This document shows positions 1 through 10,055 of a stretch of 64,000 nt of DNA, in pieces. Each line of letters starts with the position of its first letter. The stretch's first letter is position 1. Source of the DNA: an uncultured bacterium (GTDB taxonomy: Bacteria; Zhuqueibacterota; QNDG01; DTFT01). The stretch is taken from the NCBI GenBank assembly GCA_963736115.1, contig CAVTNR010000003.1, positions 64,001-128,000 on the forward strand, given 5' to 3'. A program made the position numbers and the translations under genes. The notes beneath the pieces are model-generated. The model was given only the letters and a program-made list of their open reading frames with translations. It had not been told where the DNA came from and searched no databases.

Positions 1-518
1 CCAACCCGAACGACGCGTTTCTCGCGATGATCGGGAATCAGGAGCCGCGGCTGAAACTGGTTCCGATGAGCTGGGACCAGACCCATACGATCAACGGAAG
101 CTTCAGCTGGGCCCGGGACGGGTGGACGGTGTCCATGATCGCGAGTTATTACACCGGCCGGCCGTATACGCCGACGGTGGCCAGGGCCTCCACGGTCGGA
201 TCGGCCGCGGTCCTCGAATTCGACGACAACAGCCGGCGTATGCCCTCGAGGAAGAACGTGGATCTCCTGGTCCGGAAAGCTTTCCCCTTCCGGAGCCTCC
301 AGGTGTCGCTGTTCGTCAACGCGTACAACCTGCTCGACATCGAGAATCAGAATGCCGTCTGGTCTGACACGGGCACGGCGGATTACACGACCACGATCGA
401 ACCGTCGGCCATCCCGTTCGACGCGAACCGGGTCGGCACCCTCGGGGACTACAGCCGGATTTCCGGATACTACGCGGAACCCCGGCGCATCGAAATCGGC
501 ATGGCGGTCGGATTCTGA
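1..518 (+). CDS. TonB-dependent receptor, C-terminal fragment (5' truncated by window edge)
   Basis: Frame is open from position 3. Amphipathic beta-strands, Y.TGRPYTP, N.YNLLD..N and terminal PRRIEIGMAVGF (ending in Phe) are typical of TBDR C-termini. Confidence 0.8.
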   Translation, partial: NPNDAFLAMIGNQEPRLKLVPMSWDQTHTINGSFSWARDGWTVSMIASYYTGRPYTPTVARASTVGSAAVLEFDDNSRRMPSRKNVDLLVRKAFPFRSLQVSLFVNAYNLLDIENQNAVWSDTGTADYTTTIEPSAIPFDANRVGTLGDYSRISGYYAEPRRIEIGMAVGF

Positions 519-554
519 TCCGTCGCGGCCATGGACTCGGATAAGGAGAAGAAG

Positions 555-3500
555 ATGAAAAAAGCGACGGGCATATTCCTCCTCGCGGCCTGGACCGGGG
601 CGGCCGGCCTGTACGGCCAGATGCAGGGCCTTCACGGCGTGTTCCGGGAACGGAAAGACGGCGTCCACTCGGGCAACCAGTTCCGGACGACGTTCTACAA
701 CGACGGCATGTTCGGAATCACCACGTTCAACGACCCGACCCTGATCGGGGGCGAGTGGCCCATCAATTCCGGCTATTCGTACCTGATCGACGCCAGTGTG
801 CTGGTGGGTTCCGAGGCGCTCTGCAACGACGGCATCGTCCGTCACATCATCACCGAACCGGTCGCCATCGGGGACGGCACGAACTCCAGCGGAAAGATCG
901 GGCCCAACGGGGATCCGTACACCTTTCTGCCCCTTCCCGGATTTTCAAATCCGGACACGAATAAAATCGCCATGAGCAAATGGCCCTGGTCTTGGCCTTC
1001 GTTCTGGCCGGACAGGAACGAAGACGTCATGGATCCGGGCTGGCGCGGCAAATGGAACGGCTATTTCGGGAAAGGCGTACTGAACGCGGACGAGGAAAGC
1101 TATTTCGTGGTGGACGATTACGAGAACCGGGAATATCCGTTCTATCCGGACAGCACGGACCTGTCGCGACGGGGGCTGGGGGTCCGTGTCTATATCCGCG
1201 GATTCCAGTGGTCCCAGGCACTCGTGGAGGACGCGCTGTTCTGCCTGTACGACGTCGAGAACATCGGCACGACGAACCACAACAAGACGGTTTTCGGGCT
1301 CAAGATCGGCAACATCATGGGCCATGTCATGAACACGGCCTTCGGAAACGAATCGCAGGACGACAACGGCGGATACGACATCTCGGCGGATCTGGCTTAT
1401 TCGTGGGACAATGATTATATCGGCACCGGCGGATGGGGGCCGGTCGGGTACCTGGGCGGCGCTTTCCTGGAGAGCCCGGGCAATGCTTTCGACGGCATCG
1501 ACAATGACGGCGACGGCGCGGACGGGCCGGGCCCTGTGCTGACCGAGGCGGATTTTGCGCCGAGGACGCTGAATGCCGGGGACAACATTGTGCTCATCGA
1601 CTATTCGAATTACGGACGGTCCGTGATCCGGATGGCGGCGGACACACTGCGCGTGCTGTGGCAGGACAGGACCTTTTTGTACTGGCCCGGAAAAGAAATC
1701 GTCGAGGAACCGTTCAATGGTTTCGACGACAACCTGAACGGGCTCATCGACGAGAACACCGGCGTGATCATCGGTTCGCCGCCCAATGAAATCACCACCT
1801 ATCTCAATGTGGGCGCCAAGGTCATCGACTATGCCGCGGCCGGGACGTACGCCAATATCCTGCTGGACGAAAGACGGGATGACGGCATCGACAATGACGG
1901 CGACTGGGACCCCCGGGTCGACGATGTGGGGATGGACGGCGTGGCCCGCTCGAACGACGCCGGAGAGGGGGACGGTCGGCCCACTTCGGGAGCCGGGACC
2001 AATCTACCCGGAGAGCCCCATATCGACAAGACCGACATCGACGAATCGGACATGCTGGGCCTGACCAGCTTCTACTTGTACCTGTACACGGCCCTGCCCC
2101 TGCACAAGGACGAGGACGTCTGGACCGCCCTCACGCCCGGCCGGCTCGACGACCTGATGGAAGCGGGCGACACCGAGCTGATGTTCGGTTCCGGCTACTT
2201 CCCCATGGCGCCGAAGCAGATCGAACGGTTCTCGATGGGGCTGATCTGCGGCGAAGACCGCGACGACCTGTTCGAAAACAAGAGATGGGTCGCCAAGGCC
2301 TATTCGGAGAACTACAACTTCTCCCAGGCGCCTGTCATTCCCGCATTGCGGGCCGTGGCCGGAGACCGCCGGGTCACGCTGATCTGGGATGACCGGGCCG
2401 AGCATTCGGAGGATCCCATCGCGGGACGCGATTTCGAGGGATACCGCATCTACCGGTCAACGGATCCGGGCTGGAACGACATGAAGGCGATCACGGACGG
2501 ACAGGGGGTCAAGACCTACACCAAGCCCCTGGCGCAGTTCGATCTGGACAACGGCGTCCGGGGCTACGCGGCCGTGCCGGTCAAGGGTGTTCATTACTGG
2601 CTCGGCGACGACACCGGCCTCGTCCATGCCTGGACCGATACCACGGTAGTGAACGGACAGCAGTATTATTACGCGGTCACATCGTACGACCGGGGCCTGG
2701 GCGAGCAGGGCATCCCCCCGACGGAATGCGCCCGGTACATCGCCATCGGCGCCACCGGCGTGCTCGACAAGGGGACGAATGTCGCGGTCGTTCGGCCGGA
2801 AGCTCCGGCCGCGGGTTTCTTGCCCTCGGGCGCGGGGTCCGCGGGCTGGCTGGCCGGCAGCACGACCGGCGGACGGATCGGCATCCGGATCATCGATCCG
2901 CAGGCCGTGCTGCCGCACACGTACCGGGTCACCTTCACGGACCGCAGGGTCACGGTCGGAAACCAGAAAAATCTGCCCGCGACAAAGGACTTCACCTGGA
3001 CCAATGTGACGACCGGAGAAATCCTGGCGGAGGCCGACACATCCTGCAATAACGGCGACGAACAGCCGATCACGAATGGATTCATCCTGTCCTTTCACAA
3101 CTCGGCGGACGTGCTCGGCATCAATGATTACGCCACTGCCTGGAGCCGTCCGGGCGTGTATCCGCCGGCCGTGGCGCCGTTCAGCTTCCAGACCATGCCG
3201 GTGACCCTCATGGCCGCGGATTTCAAGATTATTTTCGGGGAGGTCGGCATCGACACATCGACCTCCTTCTTCCGCGGCACTTCGGAAATACCGGCCAAGC
3301 CCGTGAATTTTACGGTGCGGAACACGCTGACCGGCGAAAAGGTCCGCTTCGCCTTCCGCGAGCGGGACCTGATTACCGGTGAGGATGGAAAATTCACCGC
3401 TCGCACATCGCGTACGTCGAGCGACGAGATCATTCTGCTCGATCCGGATTCCCTGCACGCCTCCTGGCAGATCACGCTCGCGAACTCCGAAACGGATACG

Positions 3501-3935
3501 CTCCAGGCTTCGGCCGGGGATACCCTGTCGCTCGTTTTCCACCGGCCTTTCCTGTCGAATGACGTGTTCGAATTCACCATGACCGCCGAGACCGTGGATC
3601 CGGCACTGGCGAAAAAGGGAATGGACGACATCCGGGTGGTGCCGAATCCCTACATTGCGGCCAACACGTGGGAGGCGTCGAACCCATTTGCCAGCGGAAG
3701 GGGGCCGCGTGAACTGCATTTCACGCATCTGCCGCAGAAGTGCCGCATCCGCATTTTCGACATCAGCGGGCAGACGGTGGCGGACATCGACCACGCGTCC
3801 GACCTGCGCGACGGCACGGAAATCTGGGACATGCGGACCCGGGACAACCTGGACATTGCGTACGGCGTCTACATCTATCACGTCCAGGCGCCCGGCATCG
3901 GCGAAAAGGTCGGCAAGTTCGCGGTCATCAAATAA
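555..3935 (+). CDS. Large secreted protein with Ca-binding DxDxDG repeats, FN3-like domain and T9SS/FlgD-type C-terminal sorting domain
   Basis: RBS AAGGAG precedes ATG 555; signal peptide MKKATGIFLLAAW; DGIDNDGDG/DGIDNDGDW repeats; FN3-like VTLIWD..FEGYRIYRST..YYYAVTSYD; CTD IRVVPNPY..IRIFDISG..WDMRT..GVYIYHV..KFAVIK. Confidence 0.75.
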   Translation: MKKATGIFLLAAWTGAAGLYGQMQGLHGVFRERKDGVHSGNQFRTTFYNDGMFGITTFNDPTLIGGEWPINSGYSYLIDASVLVGSEALCNDGIVRHIITEPVAIGDGTNSSGKIGPNGDPYTFLPLPGFSNPDTNKIAMSKWPWSWPSFWPDRNEDVMDPGWRGKWNGYFGKGVLNADEESYFVVDDYENREYPFYPDSTDLSRRGLGVRVYIRGFQWSQALVEDALFCLYDVENIGTTNHNKTVFGLKIGNIMGHVMNTAFGNESQDDNGGYDISADLAYSWDNDYIGTGGWGPVGYLGGAFLESPGNAFDGIDNDGDGADGPGPVLTEADFAPRTLNAGDNIVLIDYSNYGRSVIRMAADTLRVLWQDRTFLYWPGKEIVEEPFNGFDDNLNGLIDENTGVIIGSPPNEITTYLNVGAKVIDYAAAGTYANILLDERRDDGIDNDGDWDPRVDDVGMDGVARSNDAGEGDGRPTSGAGTNLPGEPHIDKTDIDESDMLGLTSFYLYLYTALPLHKDEDVWTALTPGRLDDLMEAGDTELMFGSGYFPMAPKQIERFSMGLICGEDRDDLFENKRWVAKAYSENYNFSQAPVIPALRAVAGDRRVTLIWDDRAEHSEDPIAGRDFEGYRIYRSTDPGWNDMKAITDGQGVKTYTKPLAQFDLDNGVRGYAAVPVKGVHYWLGDDTGLVHAWTDTTVVNGQQYYYAVTSYDRGLGEQGIPPTECARYIAIGATGVLDKGTNVAVVRPEAPAAGFLPSGAGSAGWLAGSTTGGRIGIRIIDPQAVLPHTYRVTFTDRRVTVGNQKNLPATKDFTWTNVTTGEILAEADTSCNNGDEQPITNGFILSFHNSADVLGINDYATAWSRPGVYPPAVAPFSFQTMPVTLMAADFKIIFGEVGIDTSTSFFRGTSEIPAKPVNFTVRNTLTGEKVRFAFRERDLITGEDGKFTARTSRTSSDEIILLDPDSLHASWQITLANSETDTLQASAGDTLSLVFHRPFLSNDVFEFTMTAETVDPALAKKGMDDIRVVPNPYIAANTWEASNPFASGRGPRELHFTHLPQKCRIRIFDISGQTVADIDHASDLRDGTEIWDMRTRDNLDIAYGVYIYHVQAPGIGEKVGKFAVIK

Positions 3936-3957
3936 AAGAGGGAAAGAGGAGTCACCC

Positions 3958-4983
3958 ATGAAAAAAGTATCCGTTTTTTTCACAGCGGCGGCGATCCTGG
4001 CCCTCCATCAGGCGGTTGAGGGTCAGGGCGTCTCGAAATCCGGGACCATTGCGGCCAAATTTCTTTCGATCGATGCAGGCGCCAGGGCCGTGGCCATGGG
4101 CGGCGCGTTCGCCTCGGTCGCGGACGACGCCACGGCCATGTTCTGGAATCCGGCCGGCATCGCCGGTATCCGGGGCACCGAGTTCCTCGTCACCTACGGC
4201 CGCTGGCTCGCGGACATCCAATGCAACTATACCGGCTTGGTGCTCCCGGCCGGCGGCCTCGGAACGGTGGGCGTCAATGCCACGTTCGTGACCATGGACG
4301 ACATGGAGCGGACCACAATCGAGGCGCCGGACGGAACCGGCGAGTATTTCGACGCCGGCAGTCTGGCTTTCGGGCTCAGCTACGGCCGGGCGCTGACCGA
4401 CCGGTTCAGTATCGGGTTCAACGGCAAATACATCCGGGAGTCCATCTACCACAGCCGGGCTCAGGGCCTGGCCCTGGATATCGGCACGCTGTTTCGGACC
4501 CAATTTCACGACATGCGGATCGGGATGTCCATTTCCAATTTCGGGACTAAAATGCGCATGACCGGGGACGATATGCTCGTGCAGCATGACATCGACCCTG
4601 TTCTCTCGGGCAACAACGGGAATATCAAGGCGGATCTGCGGACTGATGCGTTCGACCTGCCTCTGCTGTTCCGCGTCGGAGTGTCCGCGGATCTGCTCAA
4701 GGGCGCCGGCGGGGACAAGCTGATCGTGGCCGTGGACGCTTTGCATCCGAACGACAACATCGAATGCGTCAATGCGGGCTGTGAATACGTGTTCCGGAAC
4801 CGGGTTCGGCTCCGGGCCGGGTACAAGGCCCTGTTCTCCCGGGACAGCCAGCAGGGGCTGACGCTGGGCGGCGGCCTCACCCACCGCATCGGAGGCATGG
4901 GGAATATCAGCATCGATTACGCGTATCAGGATTTCGGCATTCTGAACAACACCCAGCGGTTTACTCTGGCCGTACGGCTGTAG
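3958..4983 (+). CDS. PorV/PorQ-family (UPF0164-like) outer-membrane beta-barrel
   Basis: RBS GAGGAG then ATG 3958; signal peptide; FLSIDAGARAVAMGGAF..DDATAMFWNPAG signature; ends IDYAY..QRFTLAVRL. Confidence 0.85.
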   Translation: MKKVSVFFTAAAILALHQAVEGQGVSKSGTIAAKFLSIDAGARAVAMGGAFASVADDATAMFWNPAGIAGIRGTEFLVTYGRWLADIQCNYTGLVLPAGGLGTVGVNATFVTMDDMERTTIEAPDGTGEYFDAGSLAFGLSYGRALTDRFSIGFNGKYIRESIYHSRAQGLALDIGTLFRTQFHDMRIGMSISNFGTKMRMTGDDMLVQHDIDPVLSGNNGNIKADLRTDAFDLPLLFRVGVSADLLKGAGGDKLIVAVDALHPNDNIECVNAGCEYVFRNRVRLRAGYKALFSRDSQQGLTLGGGLTHRIGGMGNISIDYAYQDFGILNNTQRFTLAVRL

Positions 4984-5105
4984 CTTCAACCGGATCAAAA
5001 ATCCGGAGGCCGGAACGGGCGTCCGAGGCAAACCCGTCGGTTCGCGAAGAACGGGACGCACGCCGCTTCGGCGAGGTCCCGGCTTGATGAAGAAAAGGAG
5101 TACGC

Positions 5106-7154
5106 ATGGATTCGCGTTTCATATGGGGTGTTCTGTTTTTTCTCTGCGCAGCCGCGGGCCTGTCTTCCGCGGGGCCCGCGACCGTTGACTCGCCGGACGG
5201 ATCGGTTCGGGTCACTTTCGATGCGGAGGAGGGGCGGCCGAGATACCGCATCGACCGTTTTGGGAGGGAACTGATCCGTCCATCGGCCATGGGCTTCATT
5301 CTGAAAAAAGCCGCACCGCTGGACGGACCGTTCGAAATCAGTTCCGTCCGGACCCGGGCATTTGACGAGACCTGGGTTCAGCCGTGGGGAGAAAAACGGG
5401 AGATCCGGAACCGGTATAATGAACTGACCGTGTCGCTCACCGAAAAGAAGAAAACCGGCCGTCGGATGGATGTGGTGTTCCGCGTCTACGAGGACGGGGT
5501 CGGCTTCCGGTACGAGATACCGGCCCAAAAGGGACTGGAGCGGTTTGAAATCACGGACGAACTCACGGAATTCGCGATCGCCGGAGACCCCGGGGCCTGG
5601 TGGATACCGGCCTACAACCGGGATCAGGTGGAATACGAACAGCTTTACCGCCGCACTCCGGTCAGCGCCATGGACACCGCGCATACGCCCCTGACTCTGG
5701 AAACCGCGAACGGTCTTTATCTCAGCATCCACGAGGCCGCGTTGACGGATTACGCTTCCATGCAGATCGCACCGGCCGGCCGGAACACCCTCAAGGCGGA
5801 CCTCACGCCCTGGTCGGACGGCGTGCGGGTGAAGACGCGGGCGCCGATGAAGACGCCCTGGCGAACAATTCAGATCGCGGACGACCCGGCAGGCCTGATT
5901 ACCTCCTACCTGATTCTCAACCTAAATGAGCCGAATGCGATCGGTGATGTGTCCTGGATCAAGCCCGGTAAATACGCGGGGATCTGGTGGGCCATGCACC
6001 TGGACCTGGCCACCTGGAGCACCGGCCCCAGACACGGAGCCACAACGGAAAACGCGAAGCGATACATCGATTTCGCGGCCCGGGAGGGGCTGGGGGGCGT
6101 GCTGGTGGAGGGCTGGAACAGGGGATGGAACGGAGACTGGACCGTGCACGGAGACCGGTTCGATTTCATCCGGAGCGCGGCCGATTACAATATCCGCGAA
6201 GTGGCGGCCTACGCGGCAGAAAAGGGAGTGGGCCTCATCGGGCACAATGAAACAGGCGGCGCAGTGCACAATTATGAGCGCCAGATGCAGGACGCGTTCC
6301 GGCTGTATGAAAAGCTCGGTATCCGGTGCGTGAAAACGGGTTATGTGAGCAACGGGCCCAGGCTCCAGCGCATCGATGAGAAAGGGAAGAAAGCCGGGGA
6401 ATGGCATCACGGCCAGTACATGGTCCTGCACCACCAGAAAGTGGTCGAGGAGGCCGGCCGAAGGCACATCATGATCGACGTGCACGAGCCGGTCAAGGAC
6501 ACCGGCCTGCGGCGAACCTGGCCGAACCTGATGACGCGCGAAGGCGCGAGGGGCCAGGAATACGAGGCCTGGTCTCCGGACGGCGGCAATCCGCCCGAGC
6601 ATGCCACGATTCTGCCTTTCACGCGCCTTCTGGCGGGCCCCATGGATTATACACCGGGCGTGCTCGGCCTGAGGTTCGGTCCGGAAAGGCCGCGGAACCG
6701 GGTCAACACCACGGCGGCCAAACAGCTGGCCCTCTATGTGGTGCTGTACAGCCCGCTCCAGATGGCCGCGGATCTGCCGGAGAACTATGAAAAATACCCG
6801 GATGCCTTCCGCTTTATCAGGGACGTGCCCACGGACTGGGAGGACACCAAAGTGCTCCATGCCCGTATCGGCGATTATGTGACTGTGGTCCGCAGGGACC
6901 GAAACAGCGGGGACTGGTATCTGGGCAGTGTCACGGACGAAGAGGGCCGGATTCTGGAGGCGTCGCTCGCATTTCTTGATCCGGGCGTGAAATACACGGC
7001 GCAGATTTACAGGGACGGAGAAGGCGCGCATTGGGAAAAGAATCCATACCCCCTGACCGTGACTGAGGAACCTGTGGACGCGTCCGGTGTTATAAGAATG
7101 AGGCTCGCGCCCGGCGGGGGACAGGCCATCCGCTTCGTCCGGATACAGCCGTAA
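5106..7154 (+). CDS. Glycoside hydrolase family 97 (SusB-like alpha-glucosidase)
   Basis: SPDG N-terminus, IHEAAL.DY, LNLNEP..SWIKPGKY.GIWW.MH, HGATT..KRYIDFAA, VLVEGWN.GW, REGARGQEYEAW, GPMDYTPG, QMAADLPENY. Confidence 0.95.
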   Translation: MDSRFIWGVLFFLCAAAGLSSAGPATVDSPDGSVRVTFDAEEGRPRYRIDRFGRELIRPSAMGFILKKAAPLDGPFEISSVRTRAFDETWVQPWGEKREIRNRYNELTVSLTEKKKTGRRMDVVFRVYEDGVGFRYEIPAQKGLERFEITDELTEFAIAGDPGAWWIPAYNRDQVEYEQLYRRTPVSAMDTAHTPLTLETANGLYLSIHEAALTDYASMQIAPAGRNTLKADLTPWSDGVRVKTRAPMKTPWRTIQIADDPAGLITSYLILNLNEPNAIGDVSWIKPGKYAGIWWAMHLDLATWSTGPRHGATTENAKRYIDFAAREGLGGVLVEGWNRGWNGDWTVHGDRFDFIRSAADYNIREVAAYAAEKGVGLIGHNETGGAVHNYERQMQDAFRLYEKLGIRCVKTGYVSNGPRLQRIDEKGKKAGEWHHGQYMVLHHQKVVEEAGRRHIMIDVHEPVKDTGLRRTWPNLMTREGARGQEYEAWSPDGGNPPEHATILPFTRLLAGPMDYTPGVLGLRFGPERPRNRVNTTAAKQLALYVVLYSPLQMAADLPENYEKYPDAFRFIRDVPTDWEDTKVLHARIGDYVTVVRRDRNSGDWYLGSVTDEEGRILEASLAFLDPGVKYTAQIYRDGEGAHWEKNPYPLTVTEEPVDASGVIRMRLAPGGGQAIRFVRIQP

Positions 7155-7214
7155 CCGCGGTTTCCGGATTGGAAGGATCCTCCCCCTGGAACCCAAAAAC
7201 AAAGGAGGCCATCC

Positions 7215-8327
7215 ATGAGACGGCCATTGCTGTTTTCATCTGTTTTTGCGATGTTTTTCATCGCGGTTGAATTGTCCGGCCAGGCCGTGACGGTCCGCAT
7301 TACCAGCCCGGTTAACAAAGCGCGGTACGCGAGCTGTTCGGACATCCCTTTCGTGATCGACGCTCAGGCGACCGGAACCACACTCACGAAAATTGAAATC
7401 TACGAGAACGGGGCCCGATTCCGGAACCTGACCAAGGCGCCCTATGAGTTCAATCGGACGGCTCCGCCGGACGGCCTGTACCGTTACGCGGCCAGGGCCA
7501 TATCCGCGGCCGGCGACACCGTGACGTCCGACACGGTTCTGGTTTTTATGGGGAATGTCAAGGACGGCAACATGATCTTCAACGGGGATTTCAACTGCGG
7601 CACGGCCCCGTGGCGCCTGGACTATTACGTGAACGCCCTGGCGACGTTTACGGTGGTTCCCGACCTGGGCCTTACCGTGGATTCCTCAGGCGCCTATATC
7701 GAGATCCAGAATATCGGAGACGCGACCTGGGCGGTTCAGCTCATGCAGACCTTCAAGATCCAGAAGGGCCACACCTATGAGATCAGTTTCACCGCTGAAA
7801 CCTCGGAGCCCAAGGACATCTCGGTCGATATCTCCATGGATTACGACCCCTATGCCCAGCACTGGACCCAGCCGGTCACGGTTTCACAGTGGGGCGTGTA
7901 CGGGCCGTACACGTTCGCGTGCGAAGTCGATGATCCGAAAACCATGTTTAAATTCGTCGTGGGCGGGAATAAGATCCCCATCGCCATTGACGCGGTCGAG
8001 GTTATCGACAGAATGTGGACGGACGTGAAGTCCGATAGAACCCCGGCTGTCCGGTCCTTCGGCCTGGCTCCGAATTTCCCCAATCCCTTCAATCCGGAAA
8101 CCACCATTCCGTACACCCTCGGAAGAGGCGGAAAAGTGAGGCTGGGCATTTACAATTCTCTTGGAGAAACCGTCGCCGTGTTTGAAGGGACACAGCCTGC
8201 TGGAATTCATTTTTACAGGTGGAACGGACTGGACAGCAAGGGCAATCCGGTCAGGTCGGGTCTGTATGTGTACAGGCTCGAAACGGACGGGGCGTCGCTT
8301 TCCGGAAAAATGATGCTGGTCCGGTGA
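7215..8327 (+). CDS. Secreted Ig-like + CBM4/9-like carbohydrate-binding protein with T9SS/FlgD-type CTD
   Basis: Signal peptide; VRITSP Big domain; NMIFNGDF..WAVQLMQ..KGHTYEISF CBM4-like motif; CTD NFPNPFNPETTI..WNGLDSKG..SGLYVYRL..KMMLVR. Confidence 0.75.
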   Translation: MRRPLLFSSVFAMFFIAVELSGQAVTVRITSPVNKARYASCSDIPFVIDAQATGTTLTKIEIYENGARFRNLTKAPYEFNRTAPPDGLYRYAARAISAAGDTVTSDTVLVFMGNVKDGNMIFNGDFNCGTAPWRLDYYVNALATFTVVPDLGLTVDSSGAYIEIQNIGDATWAVQLMQTFKIQKGHTYEISFTAETSEPKDISVDISMDYDPYAQHWTQPVTVSQWGVYGPYTFACEVDDPKTMFKFVVGGNKIPIAIDAVEVIDRMWTDVKSDRTPAVRSFGLAPNFPNPFNPETTIPYTLGRGGKVRLGIYNSLGETVAVFEGTQPAGIHFYRWNGLDSKGNPVRSGLYVYRLETDGASLSGKMMLVR

Positions 8328-8337
8328 GACCGCGGGG

Positions 8338-9883
8338 TTGAAACGCTTGCGACGAATCCGCATTTTCTTCATCCTGGCCGCGGCCTGCCTGGTTCAGGCG
8401 GGCCACGGTCAGTCTCCCTCCGTGCGCCGGTCGGTGGATGCCGACCGGCCGTTTTTTCTCGCGCATGTGATGCCCTGGTATCAGTCCAAACCGATGAGCG
8501 GCAGATGGGGCTGGCATTGGACCATGAACCGCTTCAATCCGGATCAAATCGGTCCGGACGGCAGGCGGGAAATCGCCTCGCATTATTACCCCCTGACCGG
8601 GCCGTATGACTCCGGGGATCCGGATCTCCTGGAATACCAGACGCTCCTGATGAAACTGGCGGGAATAGACGGGATCCTGGTCGACTGGTACGGGAATGAG
8701 GATTACAGGGACTACGGGACGCTCCACGAAGCCACCACAGCCCTGTTCGAGGCTGTGGGCAGGGCCGGACTCGGCTTTGCGGTTGTGTACGAAGACCAGA
8801 CCGTCAAACACATGGTGAATGACGGTCATTTGGCCGGATCGAATGCCCTGGCATACGGCAAAACGGTCATGCGTTTCATGGATGAAAACTGGTTCGGCGA
8901 TTCCAGGTACTTGAAACTGGAGGGCAGGCCGCTTCTTTTGACTTTCGGGCCGCAGTATTTTTTCAACAGTTCAGACTGGGAATCCATGTTTTCCGGTCTG
9001 TCATCGGATCCTCTGTTTTTCACTTTGGACAACAGGCTATCGCCTGCCGCGGCAGGCGCATATCCCTGGCCTCCCATGTCACGGTCGAACGCGGACGGCA
9101 TTCTGACACAGGATGCTCTGGATCGGTATCTGACACAGTTCTACACGATGGCGCAGTCCTGGGATTTTCTGGTCGCGGGCGCATTCCCCGGATTCAACGA
9201 TATTTACGAGGAAGCGGGGCAGGGCGAGGGATACGGCTATCTGTCGGACAGGGACGGTGAGACTTTCCGCTCCACCCTGCAGTCCGCTCTGGACCGGAAT
9301 CCGGACGTGATTCAGCTCATTACGTGGAACGATTACGGCGAAGGCACCATGATCGAGCCCACCCGGGAATGCGGATACCGGGAGCTGGAAACCGTGCAGG
9401 ACCGGAGAACCCGCCTTGATCCTTCTTTCAGCTTCAGCCCGGCGGATCTGCGTCTTCCGCTCAGAGTGTGGAATTTCAGAAAAACCCGGCCCGGAGACGC
9501 GTCTGTACATCCGGTTCTGGACCGGGTCTCGGATTTGATCCTGTCAGGGGATGCATCCTCCGCTTCAGCCGTACTGGACAGCCTGTACACGGCCCTGTAT
9601 GGAAACGAGGAGGAGGACATCCGATTCGGCCTGGAACCGGTATATCCGAATCCGTTCCGAACCGGAACAACGGTCACCTACAGTCTGGCCGAATCGGGTG
9701 ATACGGATTTGTCCGTTTTCGACGCACTGGGCCGGGAGGTGGAAGTACTCCTGAGGGGCCGCAGGGATGCGGGACAGGGATTCCATTTTCTGGGAGCCTG
9801 ATGCCGCGGGTTCAGGGTTGTATTTCATCAGGCTGAGCTGTGCGGGGAAAACCGCTGTTCGAAAAGCCGTTAAAGTCAGATAA
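8338..9883 (+). CDS. GH99/GH71-like glycoside hydrolase with CTD, frameshifted near 9777 (in-frame ORF stops at 9801)
   Basis: AHVMPWY..WGWHWTM, IASHYYPLTGPYDS.DP, GIDGILVDWYG, QLITWNDYGEGTMIEP. The CTD begins YPNPF and its canonical end (SGLYFIRL..KAVKVR, stop 9883) lies in the +1 frame. Confidence 0.75.
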
Positions 9884-9910
9884 AATTATTTTTTCGATAA
9901 CACACCGGAA

Positions 9911-9982
9911 AAGACCTGAAAGGTCATTCAGACCTTTCAGGTCTTCTTAACGCTCCGGGAGGTTTGGAACCTCCCGGAGCGT
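9911..9982. repeat. Two adjacent perfect 15-bp hairpins (REP-like or terminator)
   Basis: AAGACCTGAAAGGTC-ATTCA-GACCTTTCAGGTCTT (9911-9945) and ACGCTCCGGGAGGTT-TGG-AACCTCCCGGAGCGT (9950-9982), followed by a T-rich tract. Confidence 0.8.
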
Positions 9983-9998
9983 ATTTTTATATTCACGC

Positions 9999-10026
9999 TT
10001 GACAATCCGTATTTTTTCAATATCTT
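9999..10026 (+). promoter_or_regulatory. Putative sigma70 promoter for the GH5 gene
   Basis: TTGACA-16 nt-TATCTT, about 30 nt upstream of ATG 10056 with RBS AAGGAGG. Confidence 0.55.
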
Positions 10027-10055
10027 CCTTTTGTCCATCGACAAGGAGGCCGATC

